NCBI RefSeq assembly: GCF_963921235.1
Contig: NC_086097.1
Coordinates: forward strand, 194,868,001-194,932,000
Length of the DNA: 64,000 nt
Reading direction: 5' to 3'
From: Mobula hypostoma
Lineage: Eukaryota
The notes below the pieces were generated by a model. The model was not told where the DNA came from and made no database searches. It saw only the letters and a program-made list of their open reading frames with translations. Shown piece after piece: positions 53,901 through 64,000 of the stretch. Made by a program: the position numbers and the translations under genes. Each line of letters starts with the position of its first letter. Positions within the stretch are counted from its first letter, which is position 1.

Positions 53901-54134
53901 TGTGTTAAACCATATATATATGTTGTAACTGGGTTAACTGTATGGACACGCCACTCTGCTGACTGCCCCTGTGGCTCCTCCCACAGACCCCTGAATAAAG
54001 GTGATTTCGCCTTGCCCCTCCCCCTCAGTCCGGGAGCAGACACTCAGCATGCTGGAAGTTACATTTTACTGTGAATAAAAGCCTTTCAGTATTTACCATA
54101 CTTCCAGTCTTTTGGAGTAATTGAAGGTGCATCA
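53901..54134 (+). repeat. 3' LTR
   Basis: Follows the PPT and ends TGCATCA before the CGAAG TSD. Confidence 0.95.
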
Positions 54135-55454
54135 CGAAGAGTACAAACAACTTGATAAGACAATAAAAAGAAAATGTAGAGAAGCTAAAGAGAGACACAT
54201 GGCTAAGTGAGAAATGCTCAGAGATAGAAATGCTACAAACCCATAATCCTGGAACAAAGTTGATGCACAATAAGATTAAAGAACCAACAGGGAAATTACC
54301 TTGCTCAGCAAGTGGATGCATCAAGGCAAAAGATGGCAGCTTAGTTATGAAAAAAGAGGAAATCCTAAACAGATGGACAGAATATATAAAAGAACTTTTT
54401 GAAGCCCAAAGAAGAGAAAAACCGAACATAAAGAAGAATCTTGAAGGACCTAGCATTCTAAAATCATAAATTTGAGCAGCCATAAATAAAACAAGATCGG
54501 AAATACAAACATCAAACAAGTCAACAAAATCAAATATCTTGGCAGCCTAATAACGAGTAATGGCAGGAATGACACAAATATCAAATACAGAATAGCAATG
54601 GCGAAAGAAGATTTCCAAAAAATGAAGACCATATTAACTGACAGAAAGATGAGCATGTACACTAAAAACAGAATACTGCAGTGCTACATTTATTCTATCC
54701 TAACTTATGGAAGTGAATGTTGGACCATTTCTCGAGCAATGGAAAAGAGACTAGAAGCAGCTGAATTATGGTTCTACAGAAGAATGTTAAAAATACCATG
54801 GACCACACACACATCAAATGAAGAAGTTCTCAGAAGAGCCCAAGCAGTTTGATCACTCATACCAACAATAAGAGAAAGACAAATCAGATTCCTAGGACAC
54901 ATCATGCGGAAAGATGAACTAGAAAAACTCATACTCTCTGGAAAGATTGAGGGGAGTAAACCTAGAGGAAGACCTCGGCTTATGTACATCAAAAGCGTAG
55001 CCAGGTGGCTACACATCGAGGAAAAAGAAGTCATCCAAAAAACAAAGGATGGATTTATATGGAAAACCATGGTCACCAAAGTCTGCATTGGATATGGTAT
55101 CTAGACAGACAGACTTAGAATTTGGGTAGAAATCCGTATTAAAAAATCTAGTTAGAATGACTAGCTGAAATAAACATTATCAAATCAGAATGAGATTTTG
55201 GATGTAAAACTAAATTGTCAATGCTTAAAATATTCTAAGAAACAAAATGCTTTAAATAGCACTTTCTAACCTTAAGAACCTGAAATGTACCAAATACATT
55301 TGCAAAGTTGCATTAAGTTCCGCTTCATCGGGTACAATGAAAAGTATTGGTCCAAATAAAACTTGAAATAAAATGGTGAATTGATAAATTAGCAAGCAGG
55401 TGAACTCATCTCTGATTATTCAGCTTGGAATTATTTTTTGAAATATTATGTTTT

Positions 55455-56672
55455 TTTTATTGTAAACCCACTGAATCTTACAGCTACATGGACTATACCT
55501 CTTCCCACCCAGTTACTTATAAAAATGCCATCCCATTCTCCGTCTCCGCCGCATCTGCTCTCAGGATAAGGCTTTTCATTTCAGAACAAAGGAGATGTCA
55601 TCCTTCCTCAGAGCAAGGGGTTTCCTTTCCTCCATTATCAACGCTGCTCTCAACCACATCTCTTTCATTTCACACACATCTGCCCTCACCAAATCCTCTC
55701 GCCACTCCACAGGAGGTAGGGTTCCTCTTGTCCTCATCTACCATCCAACTAACCTCTGTGTCTGATGCATAATTCTCCATAACTTCTGCCATCTCCAATG
55801 GGATCCCACCACCAGGCACATCTGTCTCTCCTGCCGCTCCCCCCTTTCTGCTTTCCACAGGGATTGCTCCCTACACGACTCCCTTGTTCACGTCCCTCCC
55901 CACTGATCTCCTTGCTGGCACTTATCCTTGCAAGCGGAACAAGTACTACACCTCCCTCACTACCATTCAGAGCCGCAAACAGTTCTTCCAGGTGAGGTGA
56001 CGCTTCACCTATGAATCTGTTGGGATCATCCATTGCGTCTGGTGCTCCCAGTGTGACCTCCTAAATCGTTGGGACCCAAAGTAAATCAGGAGACTGCTTC
56101 GCTGAGCACCTACACTCCATCTGCCAGAAAAAGCAGCATCTTCCAGTGGCCACCCATTTTAATTCCACTTCCCATTCTCATTCCAACGTGTCAGTCTATG
56201 ACCTCCTCTACTGTCACGATGAGGCCACACTCAGATTGGAGGAGCAATACCTTATATTCCATCTGGTTAGCCTCCAATGTGATGGCATGAACATTGATTT
56301 CTTGAACTTTCGGTAATGCCCCACTCAACATTTTCCATTCCCATTTTTCTCTCCTACCTTACCTCCTTGCCTGCCCATCACTTCCCTCTGGTGCCCCTCC
56401 TCCTTTTCTTTCTTCCATGGCCTTCTGTTCTCTCCTATCAGATTTGCCCTTCTCCAGCCCCATATCTCTTTCACCAATCAACTTCCCAGCTCTTTACTTC
56501 ACCCCTTCCCCTTCCTGGTTTCACCTATCAACTTATGTTTCTTCCTCTTCTCCCCCCACCTTCTGACTTTGACTGTACTCTGTTCCATAGATGCTGCCTG
56601 GACTGCTGAGCTCCTCCAGCATTTTGTATGTGTTGTTTGGATTTCCAGCATCTGAAAATTTTCTCTTGTTTG
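55455..56672 (+). mobile_element. Penelope-like element, 3' part
   Basis: YCKPTESYSYMDYTSSHPVTYKNAIPFS, decayed GIY-YIG region and terminal pLTR. Confidence 0.85.
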
Positions 56673-56839
56673 TAAATGCTTTAAATGTTCTAGATTCTTC
56701 AATTAGAAACCAGAGACTTAGAAACTTAATAGGTGTAGGAGTTGGCTATTTGACTGTTTGAGCCCCAGCTACTCAACTAGATAATGGCTAATCTTTAATT
56801 TCAATTCTATTTCTTTCCGCAACTCCATATCCTTGATTA

Positions 56840-58053
56840 CACTGGACAACATATTTTATCGAAAGTGTTGCTTCCTCAGCAATGTTTTGTTTTGTTTATG
56901 AAAGACCACTTGAAGCTGAACACAAATATAATTTCAGACTACATATATCACGTAGGATTTTGGAGAAACAAGAAATTAACTTTCATTGAAAGTTAATTGC
57001 AGAATGGTGCTGATGCTTTGCAATAATTCAACTAAGCTAAAAATGTTCTGTTGATGATTTTCATTGGTACTCATTGTCTGAGGCTTCTTGCTCAAGTGTC
57101 CAACAATAATCAGCCAGCATTGATCGATTCCAGTTGCCCTGATACTGCTTTTCCATGAACACGATATCACCATACTCGTCACTGACAGCACCAAGATTTG
57201 CAAGGAAGAAATCTGAATGGGAATGCAATAAGTGAATCTTTAGAAATATGTTGAACTTCATGGTTTTGTATGCATGAAGCATGTTGTCAACCAACTGTAT
57301 GTGGTTTGGTGCTCTGCAGTTGCCAAGAAAATTTTCAATCTTGGTTGCAGCAAGGACTAGGACTTAAGCCTCAGGCGTGCCCGCTGCTGCAGATTATGTG
57401 CCTCAATTATTTGCAGTGTGGTTTCGAGGCCAGCTGGGGCCTGGCCTCCCATGTCGGGGCCTGGCCTCACGTGTCAGTGCTGGCCTCCCGTGTTCGAGCA
57501 GTGGAATGACAGGCTGGATTGCAAGTGTCTGTACACTACCGGGAGACTGACTATCGATTGCTGAACATGGTTGCACAGGGTCTTGGATCATATATATGTT
57601 ACTTTTTTTGAATTAATATGCTTCGTTGCTTGCTGTTTTGAATTATGTCACTGGCTATTTTTGATTGCTTGCTATTTTACTTGCTGTTTTGCACCTTGGC
57701 CCCAGAGAAATGCTGTCTTGTTCAGCTGTATCGATGTATGGTTTGAATGATAATTAAACTTGATTTGATTTGATTGAACAACATCATTGAATGCTATCCA
57801 TGCAATTTTCTCTGGTCCCACTAAAAGTTCTTTGAATTTGCCTATCATTGATGACCTGTTTGATTTGTGGACCAACAAAAATGCCTTCCTTAATCTTGGC
57901 ATCAGTTATTCTGACTTCAGTTATTGATTGAAATGACAAATATACATGATTTCAAAAAATGGTGCCTAATAGAGATGATTTTCATGATCAGTAGCCCAAA
58001 ATACATAAAATACACCAAAAGTATTCAAGGTGCAAAATCTTTGTTTTCCAGTG
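56840..58053 (-). mobile_element. Chapaev3 (CMC) DNA transposon, internally deleted
   Basis: TIRs CACTGGACAACA / TGTTTTCCAGTG and TTA TSD on both sides; transposase LKIHLLHSH.DFF.ANLGAVSDE.G..YQGNWN.SMLADYCW and GPEKIAW. Confidence 0.9.
57340..57776 (+). mobile_element. Non-autonomous retroposon nested in Chapaev3
   Basis: 3' end homologous to 44860-44940 (reverse strand); (TTGAT)n tail; transposase text resumes on both sides. Confidence 0.6.
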
Positions 58054-58389
58054 TTACTTTAACATCCAGAAATCTACCGGTCTCTTTTTTGATGAACACT
58101 ATGACTGAAACTTCACCAGCCTCTGAGTAAATAAATCCTAAATGGTTTACCTTTTATTCTGAGATGCATTGAAACGGAGATATAGGAAAATATTAATAAA
58201 AACACATTACAGACAAGGCCACTAAACAATTACAAGTACAATTATAAGCCACTAAACAATTGTGTGTAACAGACAGTATTTTGAACATCAACAGCAGCTC
58301 AGTTAAAGAGATCAGTAAGGAATTGTACCAATACCTCTACTTCATCATAGGCTAATGAAATTCAGCATGCTGAAGCAAGTGACTCTGAT

Positions 58390-58995
58390 AATTTTTATTG
58401 ATTCACCATAGAAAGCAGATGATTCAGATGCATCATAGCTTGGTCTGGCATCTGCTCTGCCCCAGAGCACAAGAAATTGCAGAGAGTTGTGAGCACAACC
58501 CAGTCCATCATGCAAAGCGGCCTCCCTTTAATTTTTTAAATTTTATTTTATGTTTTTTATTTATTCATTTACGAGATGTGGGGGTCGCCAGCTAGGCCAG
58601 CATTTATTGACTCCATCTACACTTCCCACTGCCTCTGGAAAATAGCCAACATCGTTAAGAACCCTTCCTGTCCTGGTAATTCTCTCCTATCCCATCTCCC
58701 ATTTGGCAGAAGATACAAAAGCTTCAGAGCAGGTGCCACCACACTCAAGGACAGCTTCGATTCCCCTTTAATCAGACTCCTGAATAGACCTTACATATGC
58801 TAAAACATTAACTCCTGATCTCCCAATCTTCTTCGTCGTGACCTTTGCACATGATTTTCTACCTGTAGTACACTTTGTCTGTAACTGTAACACTATGTCC
58901 TGCTTTTTGTTTCCCCCTTTACCACTTAATGTAATTCTGAATGGCATAATCTATATAGATGGCACACCATACAAAAAAGTTTTCATTCTGTCTCA
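58390..58995 (+). mobile_element. Old Rex1/L2-like 3' end with a small nested insert
   Basis: IDSIYTSHCL.KIANIVK.PS.PG.SL..LP.GRRYKS C-terminal peptide. Confidence 0.6.
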
Positions 58996-59009
58996 GCATA
59001 TGGGTTGAT

Positions 59010-59945
59010 TAAATATTATCAGTATAGCTTTGTGCATGGGAGATCATGTCTTATGAACTTGAGCATTTTTGATGACATACCAAGATAGTTCATGTGGGCA
59101 GGATGGTAGATAGGGTCTTAATAAACTTTAGTAAGGCCTTTGATAAGGTTCCACTTCATAGGCTGCTCTTGAAGGTTAGCTCACATTGAATACATGGAGA
59201 GCTGACAGATAGGGTGCACAACTGGCTTAATGGAAGATAGCAGAAGATGATTTTAGAACACACACATAATGCTGGAGGAACTCAGCAGGCCAGGCAGCAT
59301 CTATGGAAAAGATTACAGTTGATGTTTCTGGCCAAATCCCTTCAGTGGGACTGGAGAAGGAAAGATGAGGAGTAGATATAAAAGATGGGGGAAGGGAGGG
59401 AGAAACAACACGTGAAACCAGAAGGGGAGGGGTGAAGTAAGAGCTGGGAAGTAGATTGGTGAAAGAGATACAAGGCTGGAAAAGGGGGAATCTAAAAGGA
59501 GAGGACAGAAGTCCATGGAAGAAAGAAAAGGGGGAGGAGCACCAGAGGGAGTCAATGGGCAGGCAAGGTGCCAGGACTGCTGAGTTCCTCCACCATTTTG
59601 TGTGTGTTGCTTGGATTTCCATCATCTGCAGATTTCCTCTTGCTGGTGATCTTCGAAGGTTATTTCTCAGACTGGAGGTATATGACTGGTGATGTGCCTC
59701 AGGGGTGACTACTGGGCCTATTGTTGGTTGTCTTCCATAATAATGGTTGGCTGAAAATGCACAGGGCATGGCTAGTAATGTCTCCTTATAGCTAATACTC
59801 TCTAATCTGGGCAACATCCTGGTAAACCTCTTCTGCACCCTTTCCAAAGCCTCTACAAATTTCTTGTAATGCAACAAATTGTTTTTTACTGCCTACTTGT
59901 TTTGTCACTTTTAGGGAGCTATGGATTTTGCAGCCCAAGAGCCCT
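59010..59945. mobile_element. CR1 RT fragments on both strands with a Penelope (about 59258-59641, inverted pLTRs) nested
   Basis: FSKAFDKVP on plus and ALERVQKRFTRMLP on minus; opposed pLTR copies at 59258-59350 and 59570-59641. Confidence 0.65.
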
Positions 59946-60929
59946 CTGACATTTGTTCTCCCAGATATTCACAGCCATTTCACTGATGTGTCAGGACAAT
60001 CGATATGAAGAACAATTGGGTTCCATTATTAATGGCAACCTTGATTCTCAAGATACCATTTATGTCTTGTAACAGATTTTCTAGTGCCAGGCTGCTCTGA
60101 CATAGGACAAAATAAAATGTTTGAACATTTTAACATTTAAGAAAAGATTGGACAGGTACATGGATGAGAGGTGTATGGAAGGATATGGTCCAGGTGCAGG
60201 TCAGTGGGACTAGGCAGAAAAATGGTTCAGCACAGCCAAGAAGGGCCAAAAGGCCTGTTTCTGTGCTGAAGTGTTCTGTGGTCCTATGGATCTAAAACTA
60301 AAGTAAGTGATTTGATTAGTGGTAAAATACACAGTATACAGATTTTGTGGTAATAAAGTGCAGATGTTTTAGCACTTAATGTTACTGATAAACTATTTCT
60401 ACTTCGGTATTATTAGTTGATGACAGTAACTGCAAGAAAATAGGAAGCTAAATTAAAATATACATTATGTTAATAAATATATTCAGGCAGTCTATGCAAG
60501 CATTTTTAATTTTTCCACTTAATAATATGACAGATGTCATTGTCTAAAGTATAAGGTAGTCCAAGGGGATAGAAAGACAGCCATCTGTTAGGAGTCTTTC
60601 AATCACTTGAATACATCCTACAGGGGGAAATCAAAACCTAGAAAACCTTTTTCCTGGGCTGAAAACTGCGATGTTAGTGTCTTCTTTTTCTGTTACATGT
60701 ACTGCAGTGTATGCATGCACTTATAGTAAACTACTCCTACAGGGGTTGTAGCCGGGCTCTGTGAATGCAGCATAGTCGATCAGTCAACATCACAAGCTGA
60801 TATGATGCCAGCACTTTGGCCCTGACGCATGGCATTCCAGCCAGCAATTACTCCTAACTCGCTTATCTGAACAGGCTTTTATGGCTAAATACAGTTTCAA
60901 TGAGAGGTTCATCTCCAACCAGTATTGAA

Positions 60930-62735
60930 GGTAAACAGGCAGGTGGACAGAGGGGGTGGAGTAGTTTTGTTGGTAAAAAATGTACTCAAATTCTTAGAAA
61001 GAAGTATGGCCGGCCTAGTAGCATAGCAGTTAGTTTAACACCATTACTGCGCCATTGACTCAGGTTCAATTCCACCATGTCTGTAAGGAGTTTGTACAAG
61101 GGGGCAGTGTGGGTTTCCTCCGGGTGCTCCGGTTTCTTCCCACATTTCAAGGCGCACAGGATAATGGAGCAGTGCAAGCTCATTGGGCCCTAAGCACCTG
61201 TTGTCTTGTTCTTTATTTATCTCTACATAAAATAGGTGACATACGATCAGAAGAGGTACAATCCTAGTGGGCAGAGTTACACAGGCATGATGGGAGTTAT
61301 ATACAGGCCTCCAGACAAAAGCCAGGATGTAAGGTACAAATTATGATGGTAGATAGAAAAGGCATGTGAAAAGGACAATGTTGCAACAGTCATGGGAGGG
61401 GGTTGGATTTCAATATGTGAGTAGATTGGGAAAATCAGGTTGGTACTGGATCGCAAAAGAAGGAATTTGCAGAATACAAATAAGATAGATTTTTAAAGGC
61501 AATTGAGAGCACTATGGAAAAGGCAATTTGGGGTTGGGTGTTGTGTAATTGACCAGATTCGTTTAGGGAATTTAAGATAAAGGAACACTTAGGGGACAGT
61601 GATCACAATATGATGGGATTCATCCTGCAGTTTGAGAGGGAGAAGCTAAAAAATCAGATGAAGTTGATTGGAAGAGCACTCTAGCAGGGATAACTGTAGA
61701 GCAGAAATGTCTGGAATTTCGGAAGACACTGGATCAGCACACGATAAAATAGGCCAAAGACAACAGCAAGCGGAAATCCTGTCTGAGTAAACTCTTGGAA
61801 TACTTTGAGGAACTAACAGGCATGATATAATCAGTGGATGTTTTTCACCTGGATTTTCAGAAGGCCTTTGACAAGGTGCCACAGATGAGGCTGATAAACA
61901 AGACAAGAAAAGAACCCAACGTATTACAGGAATGATACTAGTATGGGTAGAAGTTTGGCTGACAGAATGTGGGAATAAAATGGGCCTTTTCTGGTTGGCT
62001 GTTTGTGAGTAGGGGTGTTCCACAGGGGTTAGTGTTGGGTCCACTACTTTCCATATTATATATTAATGATCTGGATTATGGAACTGATGGCCTTGTGGCC
62101 AAGTTTGCATATGAAACAAAGGTAGGTAGTGGGACAGGAAGTGTTGAGGAAGTAGGGAGTCTGCAGAAGATCCTGGACAGACTAGGAGAATGGGCAAATT
62201 ACTACAATACAGGGAAGTGTGTGGCCATATATTTTGGTGGAAGGAATAAAGGCACAGACTATTTTCTAAACAACAAGCAAATTCAGAAATCAGTGATGCA
62301 AAGGGGCTTGGGAGTCCTTGTGTATGATTCCCTAAAAATTAACTTGCAGGTTGAGTTGGTAGTAAGGAAAACAAACGGAATGTTAGTATTCATTGCAAGA
62401 GGATAAGAATATAACAGCTGATACTATGTAAGATGTTGGTCAGACCAGATCTGGAATATTGTGAGCAATTTTGGACCCCATATCCAAAAGATGTGTTAGC
62501 ATTGAAGAGGCAGAGCAGGTTTATAAGAATGAGCCCAAGAATGAAAGGATTAATGTATGAAGAGCATTTGATAATTCCAGCCCCACACTCTCTGTTGTTT
62601 AGAAGAATGATAGGGGATCTCATTGAAAAGTACTTAGAAGTCCTAGATAGAGTGTACAGGATGTTTCCATTTGTGGAAGAGGCTAGGATTAGAAGGCATT
62701 GCCTCAGAATTGAAGGACGTCACTTTGGAACATAG
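60930..62735 (+). mobile_element. Old CR1 LINE with deletions
   Basis: APE remnants (GGGVVLLVK, YRPP, GDSDHN) and RT GVPQGLVLGPLL..YINDLD, LVRPDLEYC. Confidence 0.8.
61008..61150 (+). mobile_element. V-SINE/HE1-like SINE nested in the CR1
   Basis: tRNA-like head (tagcatagcag..ggttcaattcc) and core gtgggtttcctccgggtgctccggtttcttcccaca. Confidence 0.7.
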
Positions 62736-63634
62736 TCACAGTTTATTGATCCTGGGGAAAATTGGTTTTCATTACAGCTGCACCATAAATAATTAAGTAG
62801 TAATAAAACCATAAATAGTTAAATAGTAATATGTAAATTATGCCAGGAAATGAATCCAGGACCAGCCTATTGGCTCAGGGTGGCTGACCCTCCAAGGGAG
62901 GAGTTGTAAAGTTTGATGGCCACAGGCAGGAATGACTTCCTATGACGCTCTGTGTTGCATCTCGGTAGAATGAGTCTCTGGCTGAATGTACTCCTGTGCC
63001 CAACCAGTACATTATGTAGTGGATGGAAGACATTGTCCAAGATGGCATGCAACTTGGACAGCATCCTCTTTTCAAACACCACCGTCAGAGTCCAGTTCCA
63101 TCCCCACAACATCATTGGCCTTATGAATGAGTTTGTTGATTCTGTTGGTGTCTGCTACCCTCAGCCTGCTGCCCCAGCACACAACAGCAAACATGATCGC
63201 ACTGGCCACCACAGACTCGTAGAACATCCTCAGCATCTTCTGGCAGATGCTAAAGGACCTCAGTCTCCTCAGGAAATAGAGACGGCTCTGACCCTTCTTG
63301 TAGACAGCCTCAGTGTTCTTTGACCAGTCCAGTTTATTGTCAATTCGTATCCCCAGGTATTTATAATCCTCCACCATGTCCACACTGACCCCCTGGATGG
63401 AAACGGGGGTCACCGGTACCTTAGCTCTCCTCAGGTCTACCACCAGCTCCTTAGTCTTTTTCACATTAAGCTGCAGATAATTCTCCTCACACCATGTGAC
63501 AAAGTTTCTACCGTAGCCCTGTACTCAGCCTCATCTCCCTTGCTGATGCATCCAACTATGGCAGAGTCATCCGAAAACTTCTGAAGATGACAAGACTCTG
63601 TGTCTGTGCAGTAATTGAAGTCCGAGGTGTAAAT
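62736..63634 (-). mobile_element. Rex1/Babar LINE (family B) 3' part
   Basis: Close reverse-complement match to 18782-19750 (YTSDFNYC..KFSDD..RKSFLPVAIKLYN). Confidence 0.92.
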
Positions 63635-64000
63635 AGAAACATAGAAACATAGAAAATAGGTGCAGGAGTAGGCCATTCGGCCCTTCGAGCCTGCACCGCC
63701 ATTTATTATGATCATGGCTGATCATCCAACTCAGAACCCCGCCCCAGCCTTCCCTCCATACCCCCTGACCCCTGTAGCCACAAGGGCCATATCTAACTCC
63801 CTCTTAAACATAGCCAATGAACTGGCCTCAACAGTTTGCTGTGGCAGAGAATTCCACAGATTCACCACTCTGTGTGTGAAGAAGTTTTTCCTAATCTCGG
63901 TCCTAAAAGGCTTCCCCTTTATCCTCAAACTGTGACCCCTCGTTCTGGACTTCCCCAACATCGGGAACAATCTTCCTGCATCTAGCCTGTCCAATCCCTT
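63631..64000 (-). mobile_element. Young CR1 3' end, runs off the window
   Basis: Near-identical to 26430-26800; (TTCTATGT)n tail. Confidence 0.92.

Larger units (their letters stand above)
49690..54134 (+). mobile_element. Full-length Ty3/Gypsy LTR retrotransposon
   Basis: TG...CA LTRs at 49690-49919 and 53901-54134, TSD CGAAG, PPT aaaaaaggaggggtgaa; domain order gag-PR-RT-RH-IN. Confidence 0.97.
48197..55112 (+). mobile_element. RTE LINE with intact ends, RT core deleted, Gypsy nested
   Basis: TSD ACTTAGAATTT (48186-48196, 55113-55123); APE RIATWNV..LGLSEIRW..IQVYAPT..IDYI..NDH; C-terminal LTYGSECW..GRPR; (AGAC)n tail; deletion near 54495. Confidence 0.92.

Overview
Eukaryotic, transposon-saturated intergenic or intronic DNA. 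The repeat mix (CR1, Rex1/Babar, RTE, Penelope, V-SINE, Chapaev3) suggests a cartilaginous fish such as a ray, which is inference. I recognise no host gene, rRNA, tRNA gene or CRISPR array, and almost all long ORFs are pieces of decayed mobile elements. The best-resolved elements are: a full-length Gypsy LTR retrotransposon (49690-54134, 5-bp TSD) nested in an RTE LINE (11-bp TSD); a nearly complete CR1 ORF2 (23785-26800); a Chapaev3 DNA transposon with TIRs and TTA TSD; a HERO-like RLE element; and a BEL/Pao relic. The main findings are: (1) the Gypsy has no tRNA PBS but a 15-nt leader complementary to its own LTR, a self-priming candidate; (2) a 1.8-kb inversion inside the BEL gag has Penelope pieces at both breakpoints; (3) the HERO-like element is permuted, with its 3' half before its 5' half; (4) two CR1 tails join two different Rex1 families at the same RT codon; (5) there are exact 50-bp and 24-bp duplications of unique sequence. 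Boundaries were read by eye and are approximate unless a TSD, TIR or LTR end is quoted.
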